64,000 nucleotides of DNA, from NCBI RefSeq assembly GCF_000143415.4, contig NW_003314406.1:205007-269006 (forward strand), in the 5' to 3' direction. Each line of letters opens with the position of its first letter. Position 1 is the stretch's first letter. The translations under genes and the position numbers were made by a program. Under the pieces are notes generated by a model, which was not told the DNA's origin, made no database searches, and saw nothing but the letters and a program-made list of their open reading frames with translations. Positions 1 through 11,725 of this stretch are shown piece by piece. The stretch comes from Selaginella moellendorffii. Its lineage: Eukaryota; Plantae; Lycopodiophyta.

Positions 1-624
1 GGATTTGTTCTGATCTGGATCCTTCGTTGGAACACGACTAATCAAGCGAGTAAGCTTCTCAATATAATCCCCAAGCGTCATTTTCCCTTGCTGGAAATGG
101 CGAAGTTCTGTACGAGCATTCTCCACGTCGTAATGAGGGGCAAAACGTAAACGGAAAGCAGCCTCAAACTCATCCATGGTAGATACTGGTGATTTCTTAT
201 CCGCAACACGGGACTCCTCAAGCCAATTCCACCATCGAAGACCCGCATCACGCAAAACCATCGGAATAGCCACTAAAGCCTCTGCATCTGGAGTTCCTCT
301 AGCAGCCAAGAACTTCTTCACATTGGCTAGCCAAGCGAGACACTCATCCACACCACCATCACTGGAAAAGGTTGGAATCTTGAGTCGATCTACCAAAGAA
401 GGCTTACTTGGAGCGCTACCCCGTCCAGCCTCGAGTGCCTCAACACGCCCACGCATGGTATCCATCATGCCATGCATCTCGTCTTGCATCTCTTGCTGAT
501 TTTTATTAAGGGCTCGCAGCTCATGAACCACATCTTGAATGGTCCAAATCTCCGCAGCTACGTCGGCACCATCGTCGGCACCACCATCGATGATAGGATT
601 CCAGCATTCAGCTTGGTCGGCCAT
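1..624 (-). CDS. gag: Ty3/Gypsy (family C) gag, 5' part, runs off the window edge
   Basis: Open frame from ATG 624 (MADQAECWNP...LKIPTFSSDG...WLANVKKF...GLRWWNWL...LRHFQQGKMTLGDYIEK) with retrotransposon-gag-like motifs, just downstream of a PBS. Confidence 0.85.
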   Translation of the reverse strand, partial: MADQAECWNPIIDGGADDGADVAAEIWTIQDVVHELRALNKNQQEMQDEMHGMMDTMRGRVEALEAGRGSAPSKPSLVDRLKIPTFSSDGGVDECLAWLANVKKFLAARGTPDAEALVAIPMVLRDAGLRWWNWLEESRVADKKSPVSTMDEFEAAFRLRFAPHYDVENARTELRHFQQGKMTLGDYIEKLTRLISRVPTKDPDQNKS

Positions 625-634
625 CGCAACCAAT

Positions 635-880
635 CCTTTGATACCAATGTTATGATCCGGTGCAAAAAGACAAAGATCTCGTTGCCCTAGACTATGCTAC
701 GCCACCTCTTGAGGTTCCTCACCACCCAACCACCCCCGAGCTACCTCAAAAGCTCCACTGCACCGCCGCTCCACTGTGAGCCCTAGGGTAGGTTAAGTCC
801 CTTACCCTAACATGCCTTAATATACCCTTGAGCCTCCCTTTGACCGACATTGACCACGTAGTCAAAGCTGGCGCCTAACA
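635..880 (-). mobile_element. Family C 5' LTR (648-880, TG..CA) and tRNA-iMet PBS (TTGGTATCAAAG, 635-647)
   Basis: TGTTA..TAACA termini. The same LTR recurs at about 26600-26813, 28348-28430, 30385-30562, 32686-32824 plus 52054-52146, and 53190-53355. Confidence 0.85.
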
Positions 881-2519
881 GGGGGGGGGTTGAGGTACCC
901 ATATTGGGCCATTAGGCCATGGTGTTTCGCCTCGGCGTCCTGAAGCAAGTGTTGCACCCAAGGCTTGGGATTTAGAGGGTCAATTGTAGCGCACCTAAAT
1001 TTGAAGCCGAACTCCAAGCCTGTTGTGCTACGAAACGAAGGTCTGGTACAATCCCACGAGCACCAGCTCCCCGTATTCAGCACCTGCATGCAAAATGGTG
1101 TCAGACGAGTCTGGCACAATTTTGGCATACCGGTGGCTTAACACAAGGAGGAGGGTACCCCATCGACTAGAGCAGTGTGGAGCTTGGGCTTAGACCCAAG
1201 CCAGACGCAAAATAAGGAGGGACACAGCCCAACAGGAGCCAAACTAATGTCTCAAGTGGTCGGACATGCATTCCACCCATTATCCCTACTATACATTTGG
1301 AAACCCCTATAACCCCCTCGCCTTTGAGGAACACACGCTTTGGGCTTTCACCCCAAGCCTCCCTTAGTACCAGGAGTTAGTCTCTGGGACAAGTCTGAAA
1401 CTTACTAAATATGGAATGTCCTTAGATTGTGAATTTGGACACAGGACGAACACCATTGTATTCAGGCCACTCTATAGATATGCCAAATGAGAAAATCTAG
1501 ACACTTTCCATAAATAGCATTTGGAACCAAAATGAGACTAATACAAAGGGCATGATAGCGAGGGTGTTTGGCAGACATGGTAAGCTATCATCTAGCAAAT
1601 ATTGAGGCACTAGTCTCAATATCACAGGGGTTCCCAACACTAGCAAGTGCAAGTCAACAAATGAGTTTCTCTAACCAGGTCAAGTATGCTTGACAGATAG
1701 CATGTAGGAATTCCGTCCTTATGCTCATCTGGTCAAGTGCACACACAATGACTAGTTTCTCAACTAGCTTGAGTGGAGACCATAAAAGGGACTAGTAGTA
1801 CCGACCTCCTGCCATCATGGTAGTAAGGAAAGAGTGTCCGTAAGGACTGGCCGACAAGTATCTTTCAATACCCGAAGTTATATTCGCGACACTCTCCCCC
1901 CCTTGGGGAAGATCGATGTCCTCGTCGATGCATACCCAAGTCTAGCAAACCGTCAAGGAAACAACTCCGAAAGTTAATAAAAAGCATACTATGTTGGAAA
2001 CACACCAACTTAAATAAGTTATGGAATGACCTCTCTTCTACGTCCAAAGACGCTAAGACTCATACACCCTTCGGCCGTCGCCGACAAGGAAATGACTAAC
2101 GGAGTTAGCCACCCTTGCTGCTCCGAGTACCACTCGGCTTACAAAGGAATGATACATCCCTGCCCGTAAGGATATAGGGAGAAGGCCAGAGGCCCAACTT
2201 CCCTTAAGCAAAAAATCAACCCTATCGGGAAGATTTAGACAACTATTATAAACTGGCAGATTAAGTTGTTTACACAACCACACCCCTTCGCAAAAATGAG
2301 TCATCAAGAGAGAGGTGGGGACTTGTGATTAGTCTATAATACTTATCCCCATGGTTATGGATTGGACCCATGCACCGAAGTCCCGAAGTAAGCCTGCCAA
2401 AACTGACCCAAGTATGAATGAACAAGAGAAACAACACTTTGATTGATAGAAATATATTACTTTATTAATTTGCAAGATTTATTACAAAGTTTACAAAAGC
2501 TAGTCTTTATTACTATTCT

Positions 2520-3760
2520 CATACTTCGTGACAAGCTCACGAGCATGGGTAAGATTACTAAGAGGTTCCTAAGTTGATTCATAATTTCCACTTAACTAGA
2601 TATTCCTTCACACGACCACCACTTTTCCGGCGACATGACAAAATGCTTTCAACTTCATATTCAGGTTCACCATCCACAACTTCTGGCGGTGGACGAATTT
2701 CCCCGTGGCACTACACATCCATAGTGTAAGGAGCTAATGGATTGGCATGAAATACATTAGGAATATTGGACATCTCCGTAGGAAGATCCAACCGATAGGA
2801 TATATCACCAATTTGTTTTAAGACCCGATAGGGTCCAACATATCTTGGTAACATCTTCTGAGACAAAGATCCCTTAATGTTCAAGTTCCGGGAAGATAGC
2901 CACACCTAATCTCCCACTTGATAAGATACATGCTGACGATGCTGATCCTTATCACATCAATACCTATCCTAAGCTTTGCCCATCGCCTTAATAGCTCTAG
3001 ACCAACCTTGGCGTAGCTGCTTCGCATAACTCTCAATGGCTGGGACCAACACTTTGGATATTGGTTTCGATACAACAATCTGTTGAGGGACCCCACGAGC
3101 ATTTCCTTGCAGCATCTCCCATGGAAAATAGCCAATAGCGCTGTGAAATATGTTGTTATAACAAATTTCTGCTTTGTCTAAATGCTGAACCCACTCACAT
3201 TGGTCTGCCGCGACATAGTACTGTAGATAATCCTCAACTTGAGCATTCACGCGTTCGGTCTACCCATCAGTCTGAGGATGATAATCCGTACTAAACTTCA
3301 ATTTGGTACTAAATAGCTGGAACAGTGTGCCCCAAAACTTCCCTATAAACCTCGAATCTCTATTTGAGATCATCTCTTTGGAAAGACCACGAACCCGAAC
3401 TACTTCATGGAAAAATAGCTTTGCTAGTTGTTTTGCATTCACTATTCCCATAGTTAGAATCAAGTTTGCAATCTTTGACAACCGATCCACAACCACCATC
3501 AAAGTATCATAACCCTTATATTTCGGCAAACAAGTGACGAAATCAAATGTCACACTTTGAAATGGCCATGCCGGTGCTGGAATGCACTGCAAGTTTCCAA
3601 CCTACTTCTCAGTTCTGCGCTTACATTGCTGGTATTTAGGGCAGGAACAGACATACCTGAACATCATGATGTTCCCCAAAAAACAATTGCTACAAATCTT
3701 TACAGGGAAGATACAATTTTTCTTGCTTATAGAATATAAGTCCATCCCGAACTGTGAAGT
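2520..3760 (-). pseudogene. Integrase and C-terminal chromodomain remnants of element D
   Basis: PFQSVTFDFVT..VVVDRLSK..SNRDSRF..YHPQTDG; GPY module (PRYVGPYRV..NVFH); chromodomain PEYEVESILSCR..EYLVKWK; stops and frameshifts. Confidence 0.88.
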
Positions 3761-3949
3761 GAAGCTTTATGTTAGTTTGACTATCAACTTTTGCCACTTT
3801 GCTACTAGGTTTCTGCTTCACCAACTCCGTATGGTGCAAGATTGCCTTTGCCAATGGATCACTTCTATACGAAACCCAAACATCCTCCAACCAGTTTGAA
3901 TTGATTGCCGAAATTGCCCGGAACTGAGCTTGATGACTCAATACATCCG

Positions 3950-5300
3950 GGACAATATTGTCTTTACCAAGTTTATATATGATTTCAATATCATATGTAG
4001 CAAGCTTCTTTTGCCAACGAGCTTGCTTCAGTGTAAGCTTAGGCTACGTAGCAAAGTAGCTCAGTGTGTTACTATCTGTATAAACTTTGGTATATCCACC
4101 CAAGTAGTGTCTCCAATGTTCTAGGGCCGACACTATAGCAAACATCTTTTTCTCATGTGTTGGCCATCTTCATTGAGTTTCATCCAATTTCTTGGAATAA
4201 AATACAATGGGAAAACCATGTTGCCTTTGCGTAACACCAACCACTTTGTCACAATCTTGCTGTAACACGGCACCAATAGCATAGCCAGATGTATCACAAT
4301 GCACTCTGAAGGGTTTATCAAGATCTGGGATCCTAAGAACAGGAACCATAGTCAAGATCTCCTTCAACCATACAAAAGCACGCTGACAAGCTGGTGTTCA
4401 ATGAAACAGAATACTACTCTTCGTAAACTCAGTTAACGGAAGAGCAATTCTTGCAAACTTGCAGACAAACTTGCGATAGTATCCTGCCAATCCGAGAAAG
4501 GAACGAACATCTGATACAGTGGTCGGGACTTCCCAAGACTTCACCACTTCCACCTTCTTTGGATCCACCTCAATTACGCCACCACCAACTATATGTCCGA
4601 GAAAGTTTATGCGCAATTGTCCAAAAGAGCATTTACTTTCTTTAGCATACAGTTTGTATTCATGCAACTTTTGAAACACCACCTCCAAGTGTTTCAAATG
4701 ATCCTCTAACATTTCACTAAAGATTAGAACATCGTCGATATATAGAACAACAAATGCATCCAAATAATCTCTGAATATTCTATCCATCATAGTGCTGAAT
4801 GTTGCTGGTGCATTGCATAACCCAAACGGCATGACAAGGAACTCATAATATCTGTACCGAGTCTTAAAGGCTGTCTTCCTCACATCCTGATCCGCCACCC
4901 ATATCTGATGATACCCAGACCATAAATCAAGTCCCGTAAAATACTTAGTTTTTAAGAGTTGGTCAAACAAGTCATGTTTGCGTGGCAAAGGATAATTGTT
5001 TTTAACTGTGATCTTGTTGAGTGCCCGATAGTCAATACACATCCTCATGGTTCCATCCTTTTTCATAACAAAAAGGACTGGCGCTCTATAAGGTGACTTG
5101 TTTGGTTGGATATGACCTTTATCAAGAAGCTCTGTGAGTTGCTTCTTGAGTTCAGCTATCTCCTTGATGTTCAATCAATATGAAGCTTTCGGGTTTAGAA
5201 CCCGGAATAACCTCCCAATGATCAACCTCACCGCTAGAAGGTAGCCCTGGTGGCAAATCCCTTGGGAAGATATCCTAATTCCTTGCGAACAACTCCAATA
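3950..5300 (-). pseudogene. pol: Reverse transcriptase and RNase H of element D
   Basis: [44 protein letters not shown]; RNase H CDTSGYAIGAVL; interrupted. Confidence 0.95.
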
Positions 5301-5451
5301 TCTTCTTTGGTACATGATCAACCCTGTCGCCGATTCAAACTGAGTCACCAACACCCTCAGCTTCCATCACTTGAACCCAAAAGGTCTGACATCCTCTATT
5401 AGTTGTTTTTTGAGTAGCCCTTGCAGTCAGGAACTTTGCCTCCCAATTCTT

Positions 5452-7110
5452 TCAGGAATGCTTTTGCAATAGGAAGGACATATCGGGACGTCCTTCGGAC
5501 TTCAACGTGATACGACTTTTTCTAGCACCATAAATCCCTTTTATATATTTGTTGAAGAAATCTATATCAAACACCATCTTAAAATTTGGTATCTTCAACA
5601 TTACCAAGTGCACTCTTTCTTTCCACTTGGATATTTTTATTGGAACATCACTCACAAATTTTCTAGCTACTTGCCCACCTTCTGCAAACCGGAAGTACAT
5701 AAGCGACATATGCTCAGCATTCAATCCTAACAACTTAACTAAGTCGTTTGATATTACGTTGTGCGTAGCTCCCATGTCAATCATCACTCGGATTCGGTGT
5801 CCGCGGACAAAGCCTACCAGATACATCAACGGATTAGTGCTTGCATTGATTGCGAGAAAAGCTTGAGGAAAGCAATGAAAGTAACTCACCTCCTCTTCCT
5901 CATAGTCTGCATTGACCAACTTGTCAACCCCTTTAGCTTCACCACCACCATCTTTCCTCATGACATTAACACAAGACCTTATCTTATGCTTGTTGGGACA
6001 TTCCAAGGACCTATGTCCTAACTCTCCACAATGGAAGCAATGACCCACACTACCCGTTCTGCTAGGAGCAAGTTTTGCAAGTTGCTGCTACTTGTACCCA
6101 CCAGGATGAGGAATAGAGGGCCTAGGACTAGAAGAAGCTACTGGTGGTCTCCAACCACCACCACCACTTTTGTTAACTGTTGCTTATGAGCCCCTAGAGC
6201 AGAACCTGCCTTCCACCCTCTATTTCCAATCACTTTGTTTATTCCCAAAATTCTTATTTTTGTCCGAGGTACCAGCATATGGCTGCTGATATTGTTCCAT
6301 GACTGAATGGCTAAAGGCAACCTACTGTGCTGCCTCCTTACACTCCAGGTACGTCTTCGGCTTAAACTTCAAAATCTCATTATGAGAAAGTGAACTTAAA
6401 CCCTCCAAGAAATAACTCTGAACATCTTCGTCACTCATATTTGCAATCATAATGCACTTTTGAGCAAAAGCATTAACGTAATGCATGAGGTCCCCTCGCT
6501 GCTTTAACTACCACAGCTCTGCACGAAGTCTCAGACCAAGATCATCCGGCAAGTATTCCTCACAGATATGAGACCGCATCTTGGTCCAACTTCTAGTTTG
6601 CCCTTTTTCAACACACACCTAGCGCCACCAAGTGTTGGTATCATCAGTGAGAAAGGATTGCACGTATACAACTTTCGTACGATCATCTATGTCTACCGCT
6701 ATGAAATAGTTTTCCATATTGTAGACCTAGTCTTCAAAACTTGATAGTCTCACATGCCGTTGAAGTTGGGTGGTTTCAGAGGCTTGAACTTTGAAACTCG
6801 TGCAACCAGGGGCGGCTGTAGAACTTCATCATCCTTAGAACTTGAAGAGGAGTCCGGTTTCTTAGGCTTAGCTAGTTTAGCTACCTCAACTTCTTTCTTC
6901 CTCTTCTTATTTTCCTTCTTCAATTTATGAATCTCCCTTCACAAATTCTCGATCTCGACTTCCTGAGTTGTACACTGTAATGCTACAGCATCTGGCTCTT
7001 CCTCTTCTGACTCGGCCTCAACCTCTTCCGCAGCATCTCTAGTAGGAGTTTCCTCCTCTCAATTTGCCCATCTAGAGGTTTCAGCGTCATCAGCACAGTT
7101 CCTTTTCACC
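5452..7110 (-). pseudogene. gag (CCHC zinc knuckle) and aspartic protease remnants of element D
   Basis: CFHCGELGHRSLEC knuckle; VMIDMGATHN protease motif; upstream gag broken by stops. Confidence 0.85.
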
Positions 7111-8181
7111 ATCCCGCTAGCTACATGCATGTCTCTATTAGTAACTAAACATGCTTACAATGTTCTTGCTGAATGGTGCAATCCAATTAATCCTACACAA
7201 GTCACTTCGGATCTACTAGAAAAGTCTCTACATATGGAACTTGAGTCAGAAAATGTGACAAAAGTTGGATAGGAATGGCTGAGACAATTCCTCTAATACC
7301 AAATGTAGCGCACATGAATTTGGAGCCAAACTCCAAGCTTGTTGCACTATGAAACGATGGACCTCCTACCGTTGTGGCAGTAAGGAAAGAGTGTCTATAA
7401 GGACTGGCCAACAAATATCTTTCAATACCCGAAGTCACATTCATGACACCCATGATCAAGTCTTATTGTACCAAGGGATGGTAGGAACCTAGAGGCTTGG
7501 TGTGCTTGGCTGCTTGTGCCTATGGGGAGTGTAATTGAACCTTAGTCCAGTTTAACCCAGGGAGGGAGATTGGGAGAAATTTGGGAATCTATGGATGGAT
7601 GGCTAACACTTCGTTACTCGTGCAGTGAGTAGCTGAAACCAAGTAGGACCAAATAGGAGTTGGTACAATAGGCGGGAACCTTAGCGAGGGAACTTAGCTA
7701 AAGCCAAGGTAGTGTTGGTCTGATAGACAAGGTAAGCTAGCAAATTGGAAAAATTTGTGGCTTACAATTTTATCCTCATTTATCCCCCAAGGTTCCAAGG
7801 ATCCACGGTGATAATATATCCAAATCTCATCCCATGATCACATGTGCTACACTCACCCCCCCTTCAGAGATGCCAATGTCCTCATTGACTATTGACTAAC
7901 AACCTCTACTGAGCCAAGGGGAACTAGCACCTCCATTTCTACACTAAATCTACTAATCCTTTCCATTGTGTAAACTAGCTATTCCATGTGAGGCAATTAA
8001 TCATCCACTCGTATTGCAGTCTCATGGTGGATACCTTTGTCTATGGATACTCCACACAAGAAGAAGGATGTACGCATGGATGCTCAATGTATACAATTTC
8101 AAATTTAGGGTTAGGAATATGCTTTGCTCAAGGGTATATTATACTTTTAAATAACCACTAATCAATGGGAATTGAACCTGT

Positions 8182-9301
8182 TGTAAGTGACTAATTTTTC
8201 CATTCTACTTTAGTCACTTAACCACACCTCCGACCACTTGGAGGAGTCTCGCTCACAACCTCCATAGTCCTATTTTGGACTTGGGCTTGCTAGCCTCGAG
8301 AATGGCAGCTCCACCACTCAACCTTTGCACTTGGTCCAAGTGCTCCACGTGTCCAATCTCATGACCGACACCCCAAAGTACCACCGACACATCAGCCCGT
8401 TATGCTAAGGCCATGCCCATTCACCTTAGTCACACTAGTGGTCTCACACCACTTACACCACAGTCCCGTCTCTCAAAGACTGGGCCATCCATCCATGGGT
8501 GATCATCCCAGATCCACTCCTTAACATCCTTAGGGTGCCTATAGACATGGGGAATGGCCTTCCCCAATATCCCCTTTCTGGTCCCCACCAAGTCCCTTTC
8601 TGCCCATGGCCGTGTTCGCCAACACTACCACTAAATCAAGGCCCACAGGCTCAACCACTAAGTCCCACGGTCCTCTAGGACTTCCTCACCACACGACTGC
8701 ATCTTTGGTCACTACACCAAAGGACTACTCCTCTTCTTTTCCACAGGCCTGGCCTTCGGGACAACATTTCGGAACACCGTGGCCTTACGCAAGCCTTGTG
8801 GGTACTTTCCCCGCCTTCCACCTTTGGGTGCTCTAGCCATGGGCTTAGAGCAAGGTTCCGTTGAGCCACGCCTGGTATCGAAGTAGGTAATGCCACCCAC
8901 ACTTGGATTGGGAGTATCGGCCAGTCGATCTCCCGGAGGAACTAGAGCCGGCTCTTGAACACTTCACCAAACTACCCCACTTGTCAGTCTGTGTTCACTC
9001 TAGTCTTGGACTTCCCAGTGGGCAGCTCATCACCTAACACTAGGTACAGCCTTCCTGGGCCAAACTGGCCTTTCCTGGCCAAACTGGCTCCACTGCAGTC
9101 CTCCCCCTTACTATACTTTTGGAGCTCACCAAACCCCCCAGGGTCTGGGAGATGAACACTTTAAGCTTTTACCCTCTTAGACTCGAACTCGGACTCGGAC
9201 TCGAACTCGGACTCGGACTCGGACTTGGACTTGGACTCGGACTCGGACTCGGACTCGGACTCGGACTCGGGCTCGGGATCGGGCTCGGGCTCGGGCTCGG
9301 G

Positions 9302-9332
<31 letters not shown>

Positions 9333-11725
9333 CCGATCTTGGTCTCGGTCTCGGTCTTGGTCTTGGTCTCGGTCTTGGTCTCGGTCCCGGTCTCGGTCTC
9401 GACCTCGGACTCCATCTCGGGTGCTTCTCGGACTCCATCTCGGGTCCATCTCGGACTCCATCTTGGACTCTGTCTCGGTCCATCTCAGACTCCATCTTGG
9501 GTCCATCTCGGACTCCATCTCGGACTCCATCTCGGACTCCATCTTGGGTCCATCTCGGACTCCATCTTGGACTCCATCTCGGACTCCATCTCGGGCTCCG
9601 TCTCGATCCATCTCGGACTCCATCTCGGACTCCATCTCGGGCTCCGTCTCGATCCATCTCGGACTCCATCTCGGACTCCGTCTCGGTCCATCTCGGACTC
9701 CATCTCAGACACTTTCACGTGTCATGTGTTGGTCCTTTTGGGTCCCCTTTTTAGAGCCTCGCTTATTGCTCCCTTCGTGCTCATTCCTCGAGCACTTTGT
9801 TGGGAGTTCCACTCCCGCTCTCAACCATCCAAGTCGGAGCTTTTAGTCCAAACGTGTTACGCTCGTTTGGCTTTCGCTTCGGCCACTACCACATGATGCC
9901 CTTCGGACTCCACTTTGGGGCCTAAGGATTTTGTGTCTCACAACTCCACCACCTATAGACGAAGTTCAATGTCCTCATCGAACGGTAAACCCTCTTATAA
10001 AGTAACACCCGCATATATTACCATTTCCATCCTTGGCACCTAGCCAATATTTGTCTATGGTTTGACACCAAAGGCACACCATGCCTTGTTTATCCTCTAA
10101 GGAGCATAGTCTCTTCAACATAGAGACTCACTCGACCATCTGAGGTGGTTTGCTCCCTTTTATTAGTTTAGTTCTTGCTAAACCTTTTAGAAACACCCTC
10201 TCTAACTCAATTCCACTACTCATTCTCAAGTTGTCTCAGATTCCATCGACATAACCTTTGCACTTTGGAACTTTTAATTTTGACTTCTCAGAGTCAATTT
10301 CCTAGGTGTCTCCGACATCTTACGTTGCACATGGTGCCCATCCTAGGAAGTTCTGTACTTGAGGGTACCATCATCCTCTCTTCAATATCGTGCCACCTTG
10401 GGCACTAAGTTCCAGTTATTATAATTTGTGCTAGGGCTGCCCACGGCCCTATTATTTGGCTACCTTACCGCTCCCCCCTTTGGAGCATCCACTTTCACCA
10501 AATCCCACAATCCGTTAGCACTCAACACATTAGTGTTCTCGCCTAACTGTGCCATTTGGATTCTTTCCTATGATTCCCATGGCTATTTTCTTAGCCACTA
10601 GTCTTTTGCTCTTATCCTTGATTGTTGCACCCAGCAACATAGGATCGCTACCTCTATTTTTGAGGTTTCCTTTCGGTTCTATAGCAACACTTTGCTTTGC
10701 CAAGTCTAGAGGGTGTTCACCTCTAGTACATCTCTTTAACATTTTCTGCTATGGGCTCTATCCATAGCCCAACTTTTGAGACCCTCCCTTGGATCTCTCG
10801 TAAAGACTATTTTCCTCAGACTTACTATGCCATCGCATTGACATAGCTCATTTCCTTTAAGTGTTCTTCCCACTTGGTCACCTTGACCAAGCCACACCAT
10901 CATCAATAGTTCAAATCAACACTTTTGAACTAGGAACTTTATCCCTTAAACTCACAAGGACCTTGTCCTTCTTTTAGCTATAAGACCACTTAGTGATCTA
11001 ACTTTGGCACCTTAACAGGTTTGCCAATAGGTACTAGGTCTTCCAGACCTTTAAGTTGTTGACCATAACCCCGGGGGCATCCCCCACACTTGGCAGTGCA
11101 CCCAAGCCAGCCCTTCCGGCTAAAGGTTCATAGCAACTAAGACTGGGTGTCCCCATCTCATTCACCACATCCTTGGTGCTACTCGCACCAAAGTGTTCAA
11201 GTTAGATATGCTGAGCCACACTAAGCAATTTAACCGTGCATCACGACTCCGAGGCATCCCTCGCTTGGCAGTGTGCCCAAACCAGTCTCCTCACTGAGAG
11301 TCCATGACCACCGAAAAATGAGTGTCCTCATATTCCAAACCATCACCACACCCTAGTGATTTGGGACTCGAACCCAAGCACTAGAGGGTTGGGACTTGAA
11401 CCCAACCTCCGTATATGCATCTACGGATGGCATCACATAGGATGCCTAACGTGACTCCCCACACCAGTGCACCATCATGTATTTAAAACACACTATAGAT
11501 CACAGCTTAGGAACCTAATTCCTCCGCACTGCCAAGTCCTCTCACTTGACAAGTCTATGATCATGCATGGACTCCTCCATGCTTGGCCCCATGGGCCACC
11601 CCTTTTGAAGTTAGCACCTTCAACTAGGGGATTTGTTCCCCCCTGACTTGCCAATGTCACTTAGCAAGTCATCCAGCCACCGTAACATGGTTCATGCATA
11701 AGCGTGAAAGTCCTTAACCATCAAC
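8182..11725 (-). mobile_element. Family A LTR element fragment: 3' LTR (8182-9942), PPT and non-coding internal region
   Basis: LTR homologous to solo LTRs at 21424 and 44221; PPT AGGTGGTGGAGT abuts TGTGAG; internal part is an inverted copy of about 12915-14752. Confidence 0.85.
9180..9710. repeat. Minisatellite in family A LTR: (ACTCGG/TCTCGG)n hexamers and 11-12-bp CTCGGACTCCAT/CTCGGGTCCAT units
   Basis: Direct reading; the same arrays occur at 14950-15178, 21660-22275 and 44455-45045. Confidence 0.95.

Larger units (their letters stand above)
985..7448 (-). mobile_element. Decayed Ty3/Gypsy chromovirus LTR retrotransposon (family D)
   Basis: 3' LTR 985-1891 with PPT GGGGGGAGAG; internally deleted 5' LTR 7304-7448 with PBS TTTGGTATTAGAG; domain order gag-PR-RT-RH-INT-chromo; TSD poor (TCAAT/CCCAT). 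Confidence 0.9.

Noticed and set aside
9119-9896. Long ORFs (GLGLGL, SDSDSD, WSPR repeats), also at 21441-22548 and 44090-45325
   Set aside because: They are artefacts of stop-free minisatellites in LTRs and are open in several frames on both strands
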